From: Chiloscyllium plagiosum
Lineage: Eukaryota
NCBI RefSeq assembly: GCF_004010195.1
Contig: NC_057718.1
Coordinates: forward strand, 83,988,924-84,052,923
Reading direction: 5' to 3'
Length of the DNA stretch: 64,000 nt
Below, piece after piece: positions 13,158-64,000 of this stretch. How positions within the stretch are numbered: position 1 is the stretch's first letter; every line of letters starts with the position of its first letter. Below the pieces are notes generated by a model, which made no database searches, was not told the DNA's origin, and saw only the letters and a list, made by a program, of their open reading frames with translations. Both the position numbers and the translations under genes were made by a program.

Positions 13158-14072
13158 ACGCTGATGCCTCGACTCTTAGCTCAGTGACATTCGCACATTA
13201 TCTTCTTTATTAACAGAAGATTGAAGTAATTGTTCCAATATAGTGCATCTTTTAGTAATATATGAAAATAACATCATCAAAGTAACATGCTAAAACCATG
13301 AAAATGCATTAATTCAGGGGGAAAATGTTGAAGTTCACCTTGGGTGGGTAAGGAGAAATGTGGGGAAATAGATGGTGACATCTTGAAAAATGTCCGTATT
13401 ACAGAGGAGGTGGTGCTGGATGTCTTAAGATGCATTTAGGTGGATAAATCCCCAGGACCTCTCAGGTGTACCCTCAAACACTATGGGAAATGATTGCCGG
13501 GCTCCTTGCTGAGATATTTATATCATTGATAGTCATAGGTGAGCTGCTGGAAGACTGGAGGTTGGCCAACGTGGTGCCAGTATTTAAGAAAGGTGGTAAG
13601 GAAAAGCCAGATAATTGTAGACTGGAGAGCCTGACATCGGTGGTGGGCAGGTTGGAGGGAATCCTGAACGACAGGATTTACATCTATTTGGAAAGGCAAT
13701 GACTGATTATGGATAGTCAGCATGGCTTTGTGCATGGGAAATCATGTTTCGCGAAATTGATTTAAGTATTTTGAAGAAGCAATTAAAAGGATTAATGAGG
13801 GTATAATGGTGGGCGAAGTTGATAGGGACTTTAGTAAGGCATTTGACAAGATTCCTCATGGTAGACTGGTTAGCAAGGTTTGATCACATGGTATAAAGGG
13901 AGAACAAGCTATTTGGATACAGAACTGGTTCAAAGGTAGAAGACAGAGGGTGTGGTGGAGGTTATATTTCACACGAGAGGCCTGTGACCAGTGGTGTGCC
14001 ACAAGGATCAGTGCTGGGTCCACAGCTTTTCATCACTTTTGTAAATGATTTGGATGTGAACATAGGAGGTAT

Positions 14073-14595
14073 TAAGACTGTGTAGAGTGTATAAGCTGGC
14101 AGGGAAAGAGTTAAGTTCTGAGTTTTGTGAAACAAGAGGTTCAGCTGAGCATGACTCAGATCAGATAAGAATTTACAATTAACAATGGCGTGCTGGTGGC
14201 AAGGGTAATGGGTTAACAAGATGGAAAAGCAGTCATTATGTAGAGCCATTTAACAATATTGGAAGCATTCAGTATACAAGGTCAGCTAACAAGGTAGAAA
14301 GTATCCATTGTATGAATCCAGTTAACTAGGTTAAGAACATTCATTGTATAACAGTAAAGGGCTTGGTGTCTGCTTGTTAATTTTAAGGTTGCTTATCTGA
14401 ATGTTCCTCCCTGTAAAATGACTATATAGTTCTTTGAGAAACTGCTATCTAGAGAAGACTGTGAACTCATGTCTCTGTGCACATGGGCGATCGTTCTCGC
14501 TCCCTCCAGGGCCAGGAATAAAGATGAATGAGGTAAAGCTACACTGTGTCTCTGAGCGTTTTGCTTTGACTGAAAGGGGGAGCGGGACGACAATA
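14073..14595 (+). repeat. 5' LTR
   Basis: Colinear with 17151-17710; AATAAA at 14517; followed by the PBS. Confidence 0.88.
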
Positions 14596-14596
14596 T

Positions 14597-14614
14597 TGGT
14601 GTAGTCAGCAGGAT
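14597..14614 (+). promoter_or_regulatory. primer-binding site, tRNA-Ser
   Basis: TGGTGTAGTCAGCAGGAT versus TGGCGTAGTCGGCAGGAT, the complement of the vertebrate tRNA-Ser 3' end (16/18; both differences are CpG transitions). Confidence 0.85.
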
Positions 14615-14968
14615 CCAAACGGATAGTTACGATCGGACAGTGACAGCGGTTGCTCGGAACATTGGTATCTAGAGACGGACAGGCCCACAAGGTAAGATTT
14701 TAAACCTTGGTCCCTCTCGATATTCTTGTGTGCCAGAGACGGTCCTCTCGCTCGATCGCTCTCTATTCTCTGGATTCCTCCAATGGTAATTAGTTCAATC
14801 TCGAGACACAGTTTCGCAAGCATGCTGGCAGGCAGAGTTTCGAGTCCTCTGCGCTGCATTGTGGGGAGCGGGATGTGATTGAGGTTGTCTCCTCTGCGCG
14901 GTACTCTATTCGAGTCTACTGAGTGCGTTGATTTAAAGTTAAGTCCTCCGCACTGTGCTGATGTTCAA

Positions 14969-15124
14969 ACTTTCTGTGTTTATGTGAGCTTTGAGCCTAC
15001 TGTGTTTAATTGGGATTTGACCCTTCCGTGTTTTATTGGGATTTGAGTTTTCTGTGTTTAATTGGGATTTGAGCTCTCTGTGTTTAAGTGGGATTCGGGT
15101 TCTCTGTGTTTAAGTGGGGTTCAA
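14969..15124 (+). repeat. ~26-bp tandem repeat x6 in the ERV leader
   Basis: Unit approx. ttctgtgtttaattgggatttgag. Confidence 0.85.
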
Positions 15125-16306
15125 GTCAAGTGAGAAACCGGTTAAAGTCCCCTAGCAGAGAAATTTGAAGCTCTGAGAGTCTTCGTTCTGGTGAAAAAGA
15201 GTGGTTTGGATTGTGTGGCGCCATGTAGTCCGCTGCAAGGGCTTTGTCTTTTTATAAGTGTAATTTCAGTGAGAAGATGCAAAGAAAAAACAAGAAAACG
15301 CTGAAATGAAAGTTGTACTAATACTTGGGTCAAGGGGGCAAGTTTCAGTGCAAATTGTGCCATGCTGAGAGTGTTTGATGTTTAAAAAATTGATTTGTTA
15401 AAATATTGGTTCAGAAAATCCTTTCAAGTAACTGTTTTGCCTTGTTTGAATCAGGATCTCAATTCAGTGTGTTTTGTGGGCTATGTAGTGGGGCAAATTT
15501 GTTTTTACATTGAAATTGTACAACATTATTTTCTTTTTTAAAATTATCAAACTTGTAACCTTAAAACTAATTGAGCTTCTTGAGCCCCTGATTTGTTTGA
15601 AATTCTACAATGCCTCTTTAAAAGAATCAGTTGGGTCAAGTGATCATGCTGTAGCCAAATGAGAGTATTGTATTATAATATCTTTGCTGTTGTATTTTTA
15701 ATGCGGAGTGTTCACAAAAAAAGAGTGCATTCTTAGTTTGATGTTTTAAGATTTTCTAAAGAATATTAGAACTTGAGGCTGAGCTGCATAATTCTGTTCA
15801 TTATTGTTAAGACTTTATTGCCCCCCTTCATATTGCAAATTCAAAGAATGTTGATTTCTACCAAAGTTGCCACTGTAATTTCAATGTTTTATTTGGGAAG
15901 TTTCATTTGGAGACCATATTTTAAAATATTCAGCATTTGTTTCCCACGAAAATTTGAGATTTAAATCTGAACTGAAACTGCCTCTTCAATTGCTAAAGCA
16001 CAGGAAACATTTTGTTGTTTTCTTGCTGTTCCAGACTTTTGAAATACTTTTCCAGACACCTTTCATATTAGCCAAGTATCAATTTGTAAAAGGCAAATAA
16101 TTTTTGAATAACCTGAAAGGAGGCAATCGAGGATTTGATTTTAGGACTATTGATTGTTGTTGTAATTGACTGAATTGTTTAGGCAGTACAATTTAGAAGT
16201 TTATGGATTGTATAAAACTTGATAATGTCATAAATAGTGAACAGAGTAACAGATTTCAAGAATTCAAATAATATTGAAATAGGCAGACACAATTTAGTGT
16301 AGTTAA

Positions 16307-17075
16307 ATTTGTGACAGTCTTCATACTGATATCCACCTTGGCAAGAAAGGAATGAGACAGGAAATGCAAAGATACCTTCAGCACCTAACATCATCTCTAG
16401 AGTTTCTCCATTCACAGGTAAAGCATGCCTTCGGACCACCGCCCACCCCTTCACAACCTGATCCAACACATTCAATCAACTCTCCAGTCATGAGCACAAA
16501 AAGTGAATAAACTAACAACAATGAAGAGGAGGTCGGTATGCTTTTTGTCCCTGGCCTTTTTGCGTGAGCTTTACCTTGCCTTTCAATCATTTAAGGGATA
16601 TGAAGATTCACTGATCAAGCTAATATCACAACATCCAGTTGGCTTTGTTACATTTAACGGCAGAACGGGAGCAGATGCAACAAGGAATGCTGGTTCACCT
16701 AGCCTGCAGTTGTAACTGCTGCACTGTACGCTCAGATGCGCTGATATCCTCCATCTGAAGCATCTCTGCAAGGACGGAAATCTCGCCAGTTTTATGAAGC
16801 ATTTAACTGCCCTTATCTAAGAAATGAGTTTTCTCCGAGGAGTGATGCAAGAACAGACTGCGTTTTGTTTTCAGGTTGGACCTTACTAAATGAGGTTTTG
16901 GAGGTCTACATCGTTTCCACTCTGCTTGGAGGAGATGGAGTGGTCACTAAGGACTTTAGGAACTTTACTGGTGACTTTTCCTCCATGAGAGGATTCTTCA
17001 AACTCTAATTACTGTAACGGACTAATAATTGTTGTAGTTATAATTATTGTATGCTGTGTGTCAATAACTGCTTAA
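16307..17075 (+). pseudogene. deleted retroviral integrase and env remnants
   Basis: 16307-16510 ICDSLHTDIHLGKKGMRQEMQRYLQHLTSSLEFLHSQVKHAFGPPP..PTHSI; 16520 onward signal-like [14 protein letters not shown], with CNKECWF in a shifted frame; 17022-17060 LIIVVVIIIVCCV TM-anchor-like. Confidence 0.6.
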
Positions 17076-17138
17076 ATGTAGGCTGTTAGAGTCTTATGAA
17101 AGCTGGTAGTACCATGTGAGTGGTTATCATGTATTGAT

Positions 17139-17150
17139 AAAAGGAGGGAA
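17139..17150 (+). promoter_or_regulatory. polypurine tract
   Basis: AAAAGGAGGGAA directly before the TG start of the 3' LTR. Confidence 0.85.
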
Positions 17151-17710
17151 TGAGAATGTGAATAGGGTACAAGCAAGCAGGGAAAGAGTTAAGTTATGAG
17201 TTTTGTGAAACAAGAGGTTCAGATGAGCATGACACAAATCAGATAAGAACTTACAGTTAACAATGTGGTGCTGGAGGCAAGGGTAATGTGTTAACAAGGT
17301 GGAAACGTGGTTATTATATACAGCCAATTAACAATATTGGAAGTGTTCAGAAGTATGTAAGGTCAGCTAAGAAAGGGAAAATTATCCATTGTGTGAATCC
17401 AGTTAACAAGGTTAAGAACATTCATTGTATAACAGTAAAGGCTTGGTCTCTGCTATTGATACTCATTCATTGTAATGGTCGCCCAATTAATATGTATGTT
17501 GCCTTATCTGGATGGTCCTCCCTATAAAATGACTGTAAAGTTCATTGAGAAACTGCTGTTCCAGAGACGACCGTGAACTCATGTGCATGTGAATGATCAA
17601 TTCTCTCTCCCTCCAGGGCCAGGAATAAAGATGAAGGAGGTAAAACCATACTGTGTCTCTGAGCGTTTTACTAAGACTAGGGGTGGGGGAAGGGGGCAGT
17701 GGGGAGAATA
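17151..17710 (+). repeat. 3' LTR
   Basis: Starts TG; TATAAAA at 17523; AATAAA at 17624. Confidence 0.88.
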
Positions 17711-20003
17711 ATAGGATAGTTTGTAGATGACACCAAATTTGGAAAAGTACTGGACAGCAAAGAAAGTTACCTCCGAGTATAGCGGGATCCTGATGAGATG
17801 AGCAAATGCGCCAAGGAGTGGCAGGTGGAGTTTAGTTTAGATAAATGTGAGGTGCTGCATTTTGGAAAGGTAAAACAGAGCAGAACTTATACATTTAATG
17901 GTCAGGTCCCGGGGAGTGTGGCTGAACAAAGACCTTGGAGTGCAGGTTCATTGTTTCTTGAAAGTGGAGGTAATTCAGATAGTGAAGAAGGGATTTGGTA
18001 TGATTTCCTTCATTGGTTAGAGCATTGAGTATAGGAGTTGGGAGGTCATGTTGTGACTGTACAGGATGTTGGTTAGGCCACTTTTGGAATATTGCATGCA
18101 ATTCTGGCCTCCCTCCTATCGGAAGGATGTTGTGAAACTTGGAAGGGTTCAGAAAAGATTTACACAGATGTTGCCCGGGTTGGAGGGTTTGAGCTATAGG
18201 GAGAGGCTGAATAGGCTGGGGCTGTTTTCCTTCAAGCGTTGGAGGCTGAAGGATGACATTCTCGAGGTTTGTAAAATTATGAGAGGCATGGATAGGGGGT
18301 ACAGACAAGGTCTTTTGCTTAAGGTGGGAGAGTCCAGAACTAGAGGTTTAGGGTGAGAGGGGAAAAACTTGAATGGGACCTAACCTAAGGGGCAACATTT
18401 TCACAGAGAGACTGGTGCATGTGTGGAATGAGCTGCCAGAGGAAGTGGTGGAGACTCGTGCAATTGCAACATTTAAAAGATATGGGTGTATGAATAGGAA
18501 GGGTTTAGAGGGATATGGACGAAATGCTGGCAACTGGGACTAGATTAATTTAGGATATCTAGTTGGCGTGCATGAGTTGGACTGAAGGGTCTGTTTCCAT
18601 GCTGCACATCTTTATAACTCTTTGACTTTAATAGATCAAACAAAATATTTATTATGTACTGAAATGACCAAAACTACTTGTACAGTTGAATAGGGTGAAG
18701 GATTTAGTAGAGTGGTAAATCGGGTTTCAATATGGGATTGAATTGAATTCTTGCAATTTTTGTATTGATTTTCGAGATTTGAACTGATATTTGTTCCATA
18801 TGCAAAGTCTTTATTCCAGGTTTTAAATAGAGTAGGGCCATGAAGCGTGATTGCACAATCTTTATAGTAGAACATATTTTATAGTACTGACAGGCAAATA
18901 AGCACGACTTAAATATTGCCCATTGCTGCATGGAAATAACTGGAACATCATGATAAGAAAATCAGCAAATATTATAATTTTTTCAGTCACCGTGTCTTTC
19001 ATGAGAATCCTCTGCAAAATCAGTCTTTTGATCTTGCTAGCTTACTTACAGTAAGCTTATTTTAAATGTTTAGCGAAACAAGGGGCAACTGCACTAATCT
19101 CAACATTTGATTGGATCCATATCAAATGCATTTTAAATTTACCGCATGTAGACTGTGTGAAATGTCACAATTTGGCATGTGGAAATCCAAGTTAACCATT
19201 GGGGAGTTTCTGGCACTGCGATGTTCACAGACTGGTGATCAGTATTAATAGGAGTTTAAAAAATGGAACCGACTTTCTTTTTGAAAATGTGCAAAAGCTT
19301 TTTTTAAATTTGCAGAACTAAGGTGGCTCCATAGATTTTGTTGCTGCTCTGCTCAAATTGTTGTAAGCAAAACTGTGTGTCCAGTGCTCCGTTCCATTAC
19401 CAATCTGGCGTCCACTTTGTATTCCTACTGCAGGAAATTAGGTAGGCCTGCAACCCAAGATCTCAAAGGTAGGAGGTAAGCAGCAATGACATCCTCTGAG
19501 GAATTGACACAGAAACTAAAAAGGAAGAGGTGACAAAGTGCATAATAAGCTCATGTTGGAGAAATAATGCACAGCGTTTCTCACTGTCACTTGGATATGC
19601 ATCTGTGAGCAACTAGAGCAATAACGCTACATGTGTTTCGTAAATGTGATGTTTTTTACTTTAGAAAATACTGAATACATTTAGCGAAAATAGCAACAAT
19701 TATTTGAATGATTTACCTGGTCAGCTATCGGGTACTGGATGACAGTGAAATATGTTGCTTGGTGAATCATATGGTCTGTTCAGAGAAGACAGGTTTAGTG
19801 ATTGATCGATTCTTTATTGGTTGAAATATATTCTGCAGTGGTAGACAGATAGAAATACCCTGGCAAAGTAAAAACCTGGAACATGAAAATAACATTTGCT
19901 CAAACTGTTTGCTGGTACACTTTGGATTTGGAATACCTTGGGAGAACTAAAACAAAAGAAAGGACTTGTCTTGTAATCAGATAAGCTGTCACAAGAACAA
20001 ATT

Positions 20004-20190
20004 TTAAAATCACACAACACCAGGTTATAGTCCAACAGGTTTATTTGGAAATACAAGCATTCAGCGTAGCTACCTGACAAAGGAGCAGTGTTCTGAATGC
20101 TTGTACTTCCAAATAAACCTGTTGGACTATAACCTGATGTTGTGATTTTTAACTTTGTCTACCGCAGTCCAACACTGGCACCTCCACAAC
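20004..20190. mobile_element. palindromic Penelope-derived short element (second subfamily)
   Basis: Inverted arms aaaatcacacaacaccaggttatagtccaacagg; same family as 33213-33420 in the opposite orientation. Confidence 0.8.
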
Positions 20191-20647
20191 AAAGATAAAT
20201 GTTTATCAAAAATCCAGAGATGGTTTTGTTGACTGAGCACATCAAAAGAAAGGAATTTTATACTCGTATTCTCAACCTGAAGATAGTTTCACAAATGAAT
20301 CAGTTTTATTCTAGCATGTCATCTATCTGTTTTAATTTTCGTTACACCTGCAACTTTTGCTTAATTATTTGACAGTCACTTAACAATTAGATACTTCCTT
20401 GTAGCTTATACTCCATAGAAGAGATGTGGGATGTGTGGTTAAATCTATGCTCCCTTTCTCACCTCGCGTCTCCACCTGCAAAATTTATGAAATGAACACT
20501 GTCAGCAAAATTTATAGGTCACTTGCACACAAGAAATCAAGTAATCTGTTCAGGTTGATGTCACATCCAAGGTGTATCGCAGGCACTTAAGTGTGATGAG
20601 AAAAAATATACTTCAAAGATAAGGGCAGATATACTTCATGTAATATA

Positions 20648-21283
20648 CAGGGGAATCTCGATTATCTGAACGTGATGGGCAGGCACTATTTCGTTTGGAT
20701 AATCGATTATTCGGTTAATCAATTAAATGCCATTCCTCTGGGGCTTGGAGTTTTTAAAGTCTGCTCCCCGTTCAGGAGACTGCAGAAGCACGCAGCCCGC
20801 GAGGCCCCACCACCACCCTCCCCCACCCCCAAAGCCATCCGACTTCCCCTGCCCCAAAACTGCTCCCCCCACGCCACCAACACCACCACCACCCCCTCCG
20901 GGACAGCTGGATTGTACACCAACAAGACTGCTGCTGCTGCTGCAGCAGTTGCCTTTGTGGGGTACGTCTCCAAATAGCACACACGAACACACTCGCGCAC
21001 ACACACAGCCACACACACAACTTTTACTGCAATTTTTTGACAGGTTCCATCTTTGTCCTGTACAGGTCAATGTTAGCGGGATTATGTGGTGAAGGGGGGT
21101 TGAGGGTACACCCCTGTGTAGAATTCCAGGGAAAGTGTGGGGAGAGAGAGAGAGAGGGCTGTCAGTCATTTGGAGACGGTGCCTGTTTAATCACTGTAAA
21201 CAAAAGACGTGAACACTGGTAATTGGTATTCAAATAATCTAGCTTCCTCTGTAAACATAATAAATGCTGGAGAAACTCTACTG
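20648..21283. mobile_element. possible Tc1/mariner (Tigger/pogo-like) non-autonomous element with internal (CTG)n, (CA)n, (GA)n and C-rich tracts
   Basis: Left end TA|CAGGGGAATCTCGATTATCTGAAC with repeated gataatcga; right end only ctctactg|TA. Confidence 0.4.
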
Positions 21284-21575
21284 TATGTCTGGCATAATCT
21301 CTGGAGAGAGAAACAGTCAATGTTTCGATCCAATATGACATCATCAGAACACCTATTTCATATATGCAAATATGGCAACTCATCAATTTTTTTCTTTTTT
21401 AAAACAATGAATTTTTTGAGGCATCATGTAATGGAGCTAATAAACAAAAATATTTGGAAATGATCCTTTCAGTATCATAAATTAATGCATCTTTTTATTT
21501 TCAGGAAAAGAAAGCTTTTATTTTACGGGTATCATTTTAAGCAAATCATGCTCAAAATACTTTGTGTTTCTCCAG

Positions 21576-61339
<39,764 letters not shown>

Positions 61340-63390
61340 CTCTGAAATATGTTCCTTAAACACTACAGGTTCCTGGACACTGCTAAGGTTGCAGCATTGG
61401 CAGTGCTGTAAGAACTTTAAAATGTTTTATGCCTGGCTTGGTAAGTCTTTATTGCTTCTGGTATGAACCAGTGTTTCCATCAATTTGGATTCATACAATG
61501 GGAAACAAAAATTGAAAATGCAGTTGTCAGTTTGCTGTACCCATGATAAACTTACGTTGATGATAAAAGTTGGAACACCTGATATCAACCAGCTGAAAAG
61601 AAGAGCGTTAGCAGAAAAAGTGGTTTTGCACCTCCATCTTAAAAACAGGATTGATATTTCACATGATCATGCCTTGTTTAAATACTTTTAAATGTATCAA
61701 AAAGGGGACTCCTGGAAATGCATTTTTGGTACCTAGACTAATGAGCAAATATTTGTTCTGCAAAGTAATTGTAAACTTTTTGTTTGTTGAAATTTGGGTA
61801 CCTGCTACACCAAAGAGGCACATTCTTTGTGGAGACTGATTCAAGAACCAGTCCTACGAGAGAGATCCTTCAATGAGAATGTAGCACCCATCTTCATTAG
61901 ACAAAGGAGAAAACATTCATCTGATTTTATTACCATTTAAAACAAAGTGAATTTAACCCGGATGTAACAATGTGTGGAAACTAGTGACATCTGTATTTAC
62001 ATCTCTGATGAGCTCTTGATCTCACAACATTCTCTTAATTGTGCATTTCCTGACTTTTAAAGCCTAGTGATAACCCATGTCATAACATCATTGCAATGTC
62101 AGAAATTCCTTGCAGACTATATTAGAAAGCTGTTTTTTGTTTAAGAGCATACGATGAAATGGCTTAATCTGGAAGTGGAGATTTGGGTTTATTACAAAGT
62201 GATCCATTAACCTTTGTTTTATTTCACTGATACTTATAATGCTGAAGTATTTATTCAAATGACCCCACATTCCTGTACTCCATGTGCCCAAACATCATAC
62301 CAGTCTAAGTTGTTACAGGATATTGAGGAAAAAAATTTGAGCCATAACTGAATAGTGTGTGTTAATTCCCAGTACATATTATTTGCTAATTGATTCGTGT
62401 GTTGAGCACTGAACAAATTAGATTCAAATTTATAGAGACCACAGTATTGAACTAAGTCATGATGCTGAATGCAAATGGACCTGTTGAGTGCTTTCTGCAG
62501 TGTCTTATTTAAGAGAAAGAAAGCAATCTTGAATTCACAAATAACTCATGAATTTAGATGATAATTGACTCTTAAAGCAGATTGACATAGATTGCAGAGT
62601 ATATAACACTAGTGCAGTATTACAGCAGGATGCATGAGAGTATTGGGATGCAACATGCGCTTATCAGACCATTAAATTGCTAACCAGTTAGCATTGGAAT
62701 GCATGGATGACAATGTACAGGTCAGACTAAACAGTGCAAGCTAGCTATTTTTGTTAATAATAGATTGCTTGTTCCAAGCCCCATTCAAAAATGCAGTATT
62801 TAGCATCAAAAATAAGATTTACAAATAGCTTTTGGGCTCCATATATGAATCCTGCTGTTACCTTAAAAAGATATCACTTTTTAATCGGCCTGTCTATATT
62901 GTAATTTGACCTTTTCCAAACATGCCACTTCATAATTTAGTCAAAATGATCCATTCTTAATGTTAGCATTTGAATTTGATTCACACCTTCTTGTTACAAC
63001 TGTACATTACTTCTCTGCAATAGCTTAAGTCTTTAATTCACATTATCTCAGAGTGTCACTAGTCCCTGTTTTTAATTTTTCCAAAAGTGTTAAAACCATC
63101 ATGATCATGAGTCAGGAAATAGGGGTGCAGGCCTTTATAACAGAACTAAATATGAAAAATGATCGATATAGTACATTATTTGATTGCAAGCCTTTGGCGC
63201 ATTGAAATAAGGGCATAACCCTGAACTCTGGTTCAAAATGTACTGATGTTATGATTTGAATTATCCACAAATTTTCATTCCAGTAGCTTACATTTGTGAT
63301 TTGAACAAATACACTTATGCATGCTAATTTTAAAATAAATCACTTTATTGCCACTAGAATAAATAAATTCAACAAGCACTATTAAATCTA
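61340..63390 (+). other. SOS1: SOS1 3' UTR (3' end uncertain; may extend past the window)
   Basis: AT-rich, repeat-free sequence after the stop; clustered AATAAA at 63334, 63358 and 63362. Confidence 0.55.
63334..63367 (+). terminator. candidate polyadenylation signals
   Basis: Three AATAAA hexamers within 34 nt; GT-rich stretch (cgtgttggt) ~45 nt downstream. Confidence 0.4.
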
Positions 63391-64000
63391 CTGTATCTAA
63401 TTAGACTTCGTGTTGGTAATTTATCATACTTTATTCAAAACACTTCATCTATGGGACAACCGAACAATATTAAAATGCTATCATTTCAGCAAGCCATTTT
63501 AAGCACTTTTACATATCAGTGGCTATACTGTTTCAGTTAATCTATTGATAGGGCTGCCAAATATAAACTGTTATGGGTATTTTTACAATATTTAGTTGGG
63601 GGAAAAGGCTTAATTGGCATTAATTTTTTTTATATAAGCAAGTAGATTTCAGCTTCAGGTGCTTTCATTGATCTTGTAAATTTGGAAAATGCAGAAGGGA
63701 GCATGGAGGGTTGGGGTAAAGTACAAAATGACTGGTAACGGATTTACGCAATTATAATCAGCAAGTTAAATAAGTCTTAAAACTGCTTGATTTTTGTTGG
63801 CATGATATTTAAAAAGTGCTGTATCATACAAGTATCATATTTAAGCCCACTAATTCAGTAGTTTTGGACACTATTTAGGAAGTTTTTTTTCGTTCATAAA
63901 TGGCAGTGTCATTGAGAAACCTTTGTATGTTGTCATTGAGTCAAAATTTGTCAACTCTTTGCCAATTGTTACTTTTCTCTTGATCCTATCAAGTGTTTGT

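Larger units (their letters stand above)
14073..17710 (+). mobile_element. non-autonomous endogenous retrovirus (two LTRs, PBS-Ser, PPT, integrase and env remnants)
   Basis: Direct repeats 14073-14595 and 17151-17710; PBS at 14597; PPT at 17139; interrupts a CR1 cleanly. Confidence 0.88.
11845..18625 (+). mobile_element. HER1/CR1 LINE (ORF2 RT region) split into three pieces: 11845-12205, 13355-14072, 17711-18625
   Basis: ENPNEFDKYVKDKR, EDWRLANVVPVFKKG, VPQGSVLGP, FVDD and LVRPLLEYCMQFW motifs; the pieces rejoin colinearly with the copy at 46960-48160. Confidence 0.88.

Noticed and set aside
14969..15124. CRISPR-like array
   Set aside because: Contiguous tandem units with no unique spacers, in a vertebrate context.
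14066..17716. Target-site duplication and canonical TG...CA for the ERV
   Set aside because: The flanks (ggtat / atagg) do not match, the 5' LTR starts TA and both LTRs end in ...AATA, so no TSD is claimed.
20672..21169. Overlapping Pro/Ala/Gly/Gln-rich ORFs in several frames
   Set aside because: Artefacts of C-rich and (CTG)n low-complexity sequence lacking stops; no splice or homology support.
1..21575. Further SOS1 exons (DH/PH-encoding) or a nested host gene
   Set aside because: No ORF or spliceable segment with DH/PH similarity was seen; the recognisable ORFs here are transposon remnants and the rest look like chance ORFs.

Overview
Eukaryotic DNA, most likely from a shark or other elasmobranch judging by its HE1-type SINE and HER1/CR1 LINE content. 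The window holds the 3' half of a + strand SOS1 (Son of sevenless 1, Ras GEF) gene: 13 GT-AG coding exons at 21576-61339, equivalent to human exons 11-23 (REM, CDC25, proline-rich Grb2-binding tail), followed by a long, nearly repeat-free 3' UTR. Bases 1-21575 are one large intron. The introns are dense with often nested retroelements: a full-length decayed L1; several CR1/L2 families; about 9 tRNA-derived HE1/V-type SINEs; a two-LTR endogenous retrovirus relic with a tRNA-Ser PBS plus integrase and env remnants; Penelope-like GIY-YIG elements; and at least five ~200-bp palindromic Penelope-derived insertions, two with perfect TSDs, carrying minimal hammerhead-ribozyme cores whose helix II differs between subfamilies but stays paired. 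Human exon sizes and residue numbers are from memory. Repeat boundaries were read by eye and are approximate; exon boundaries are exact.
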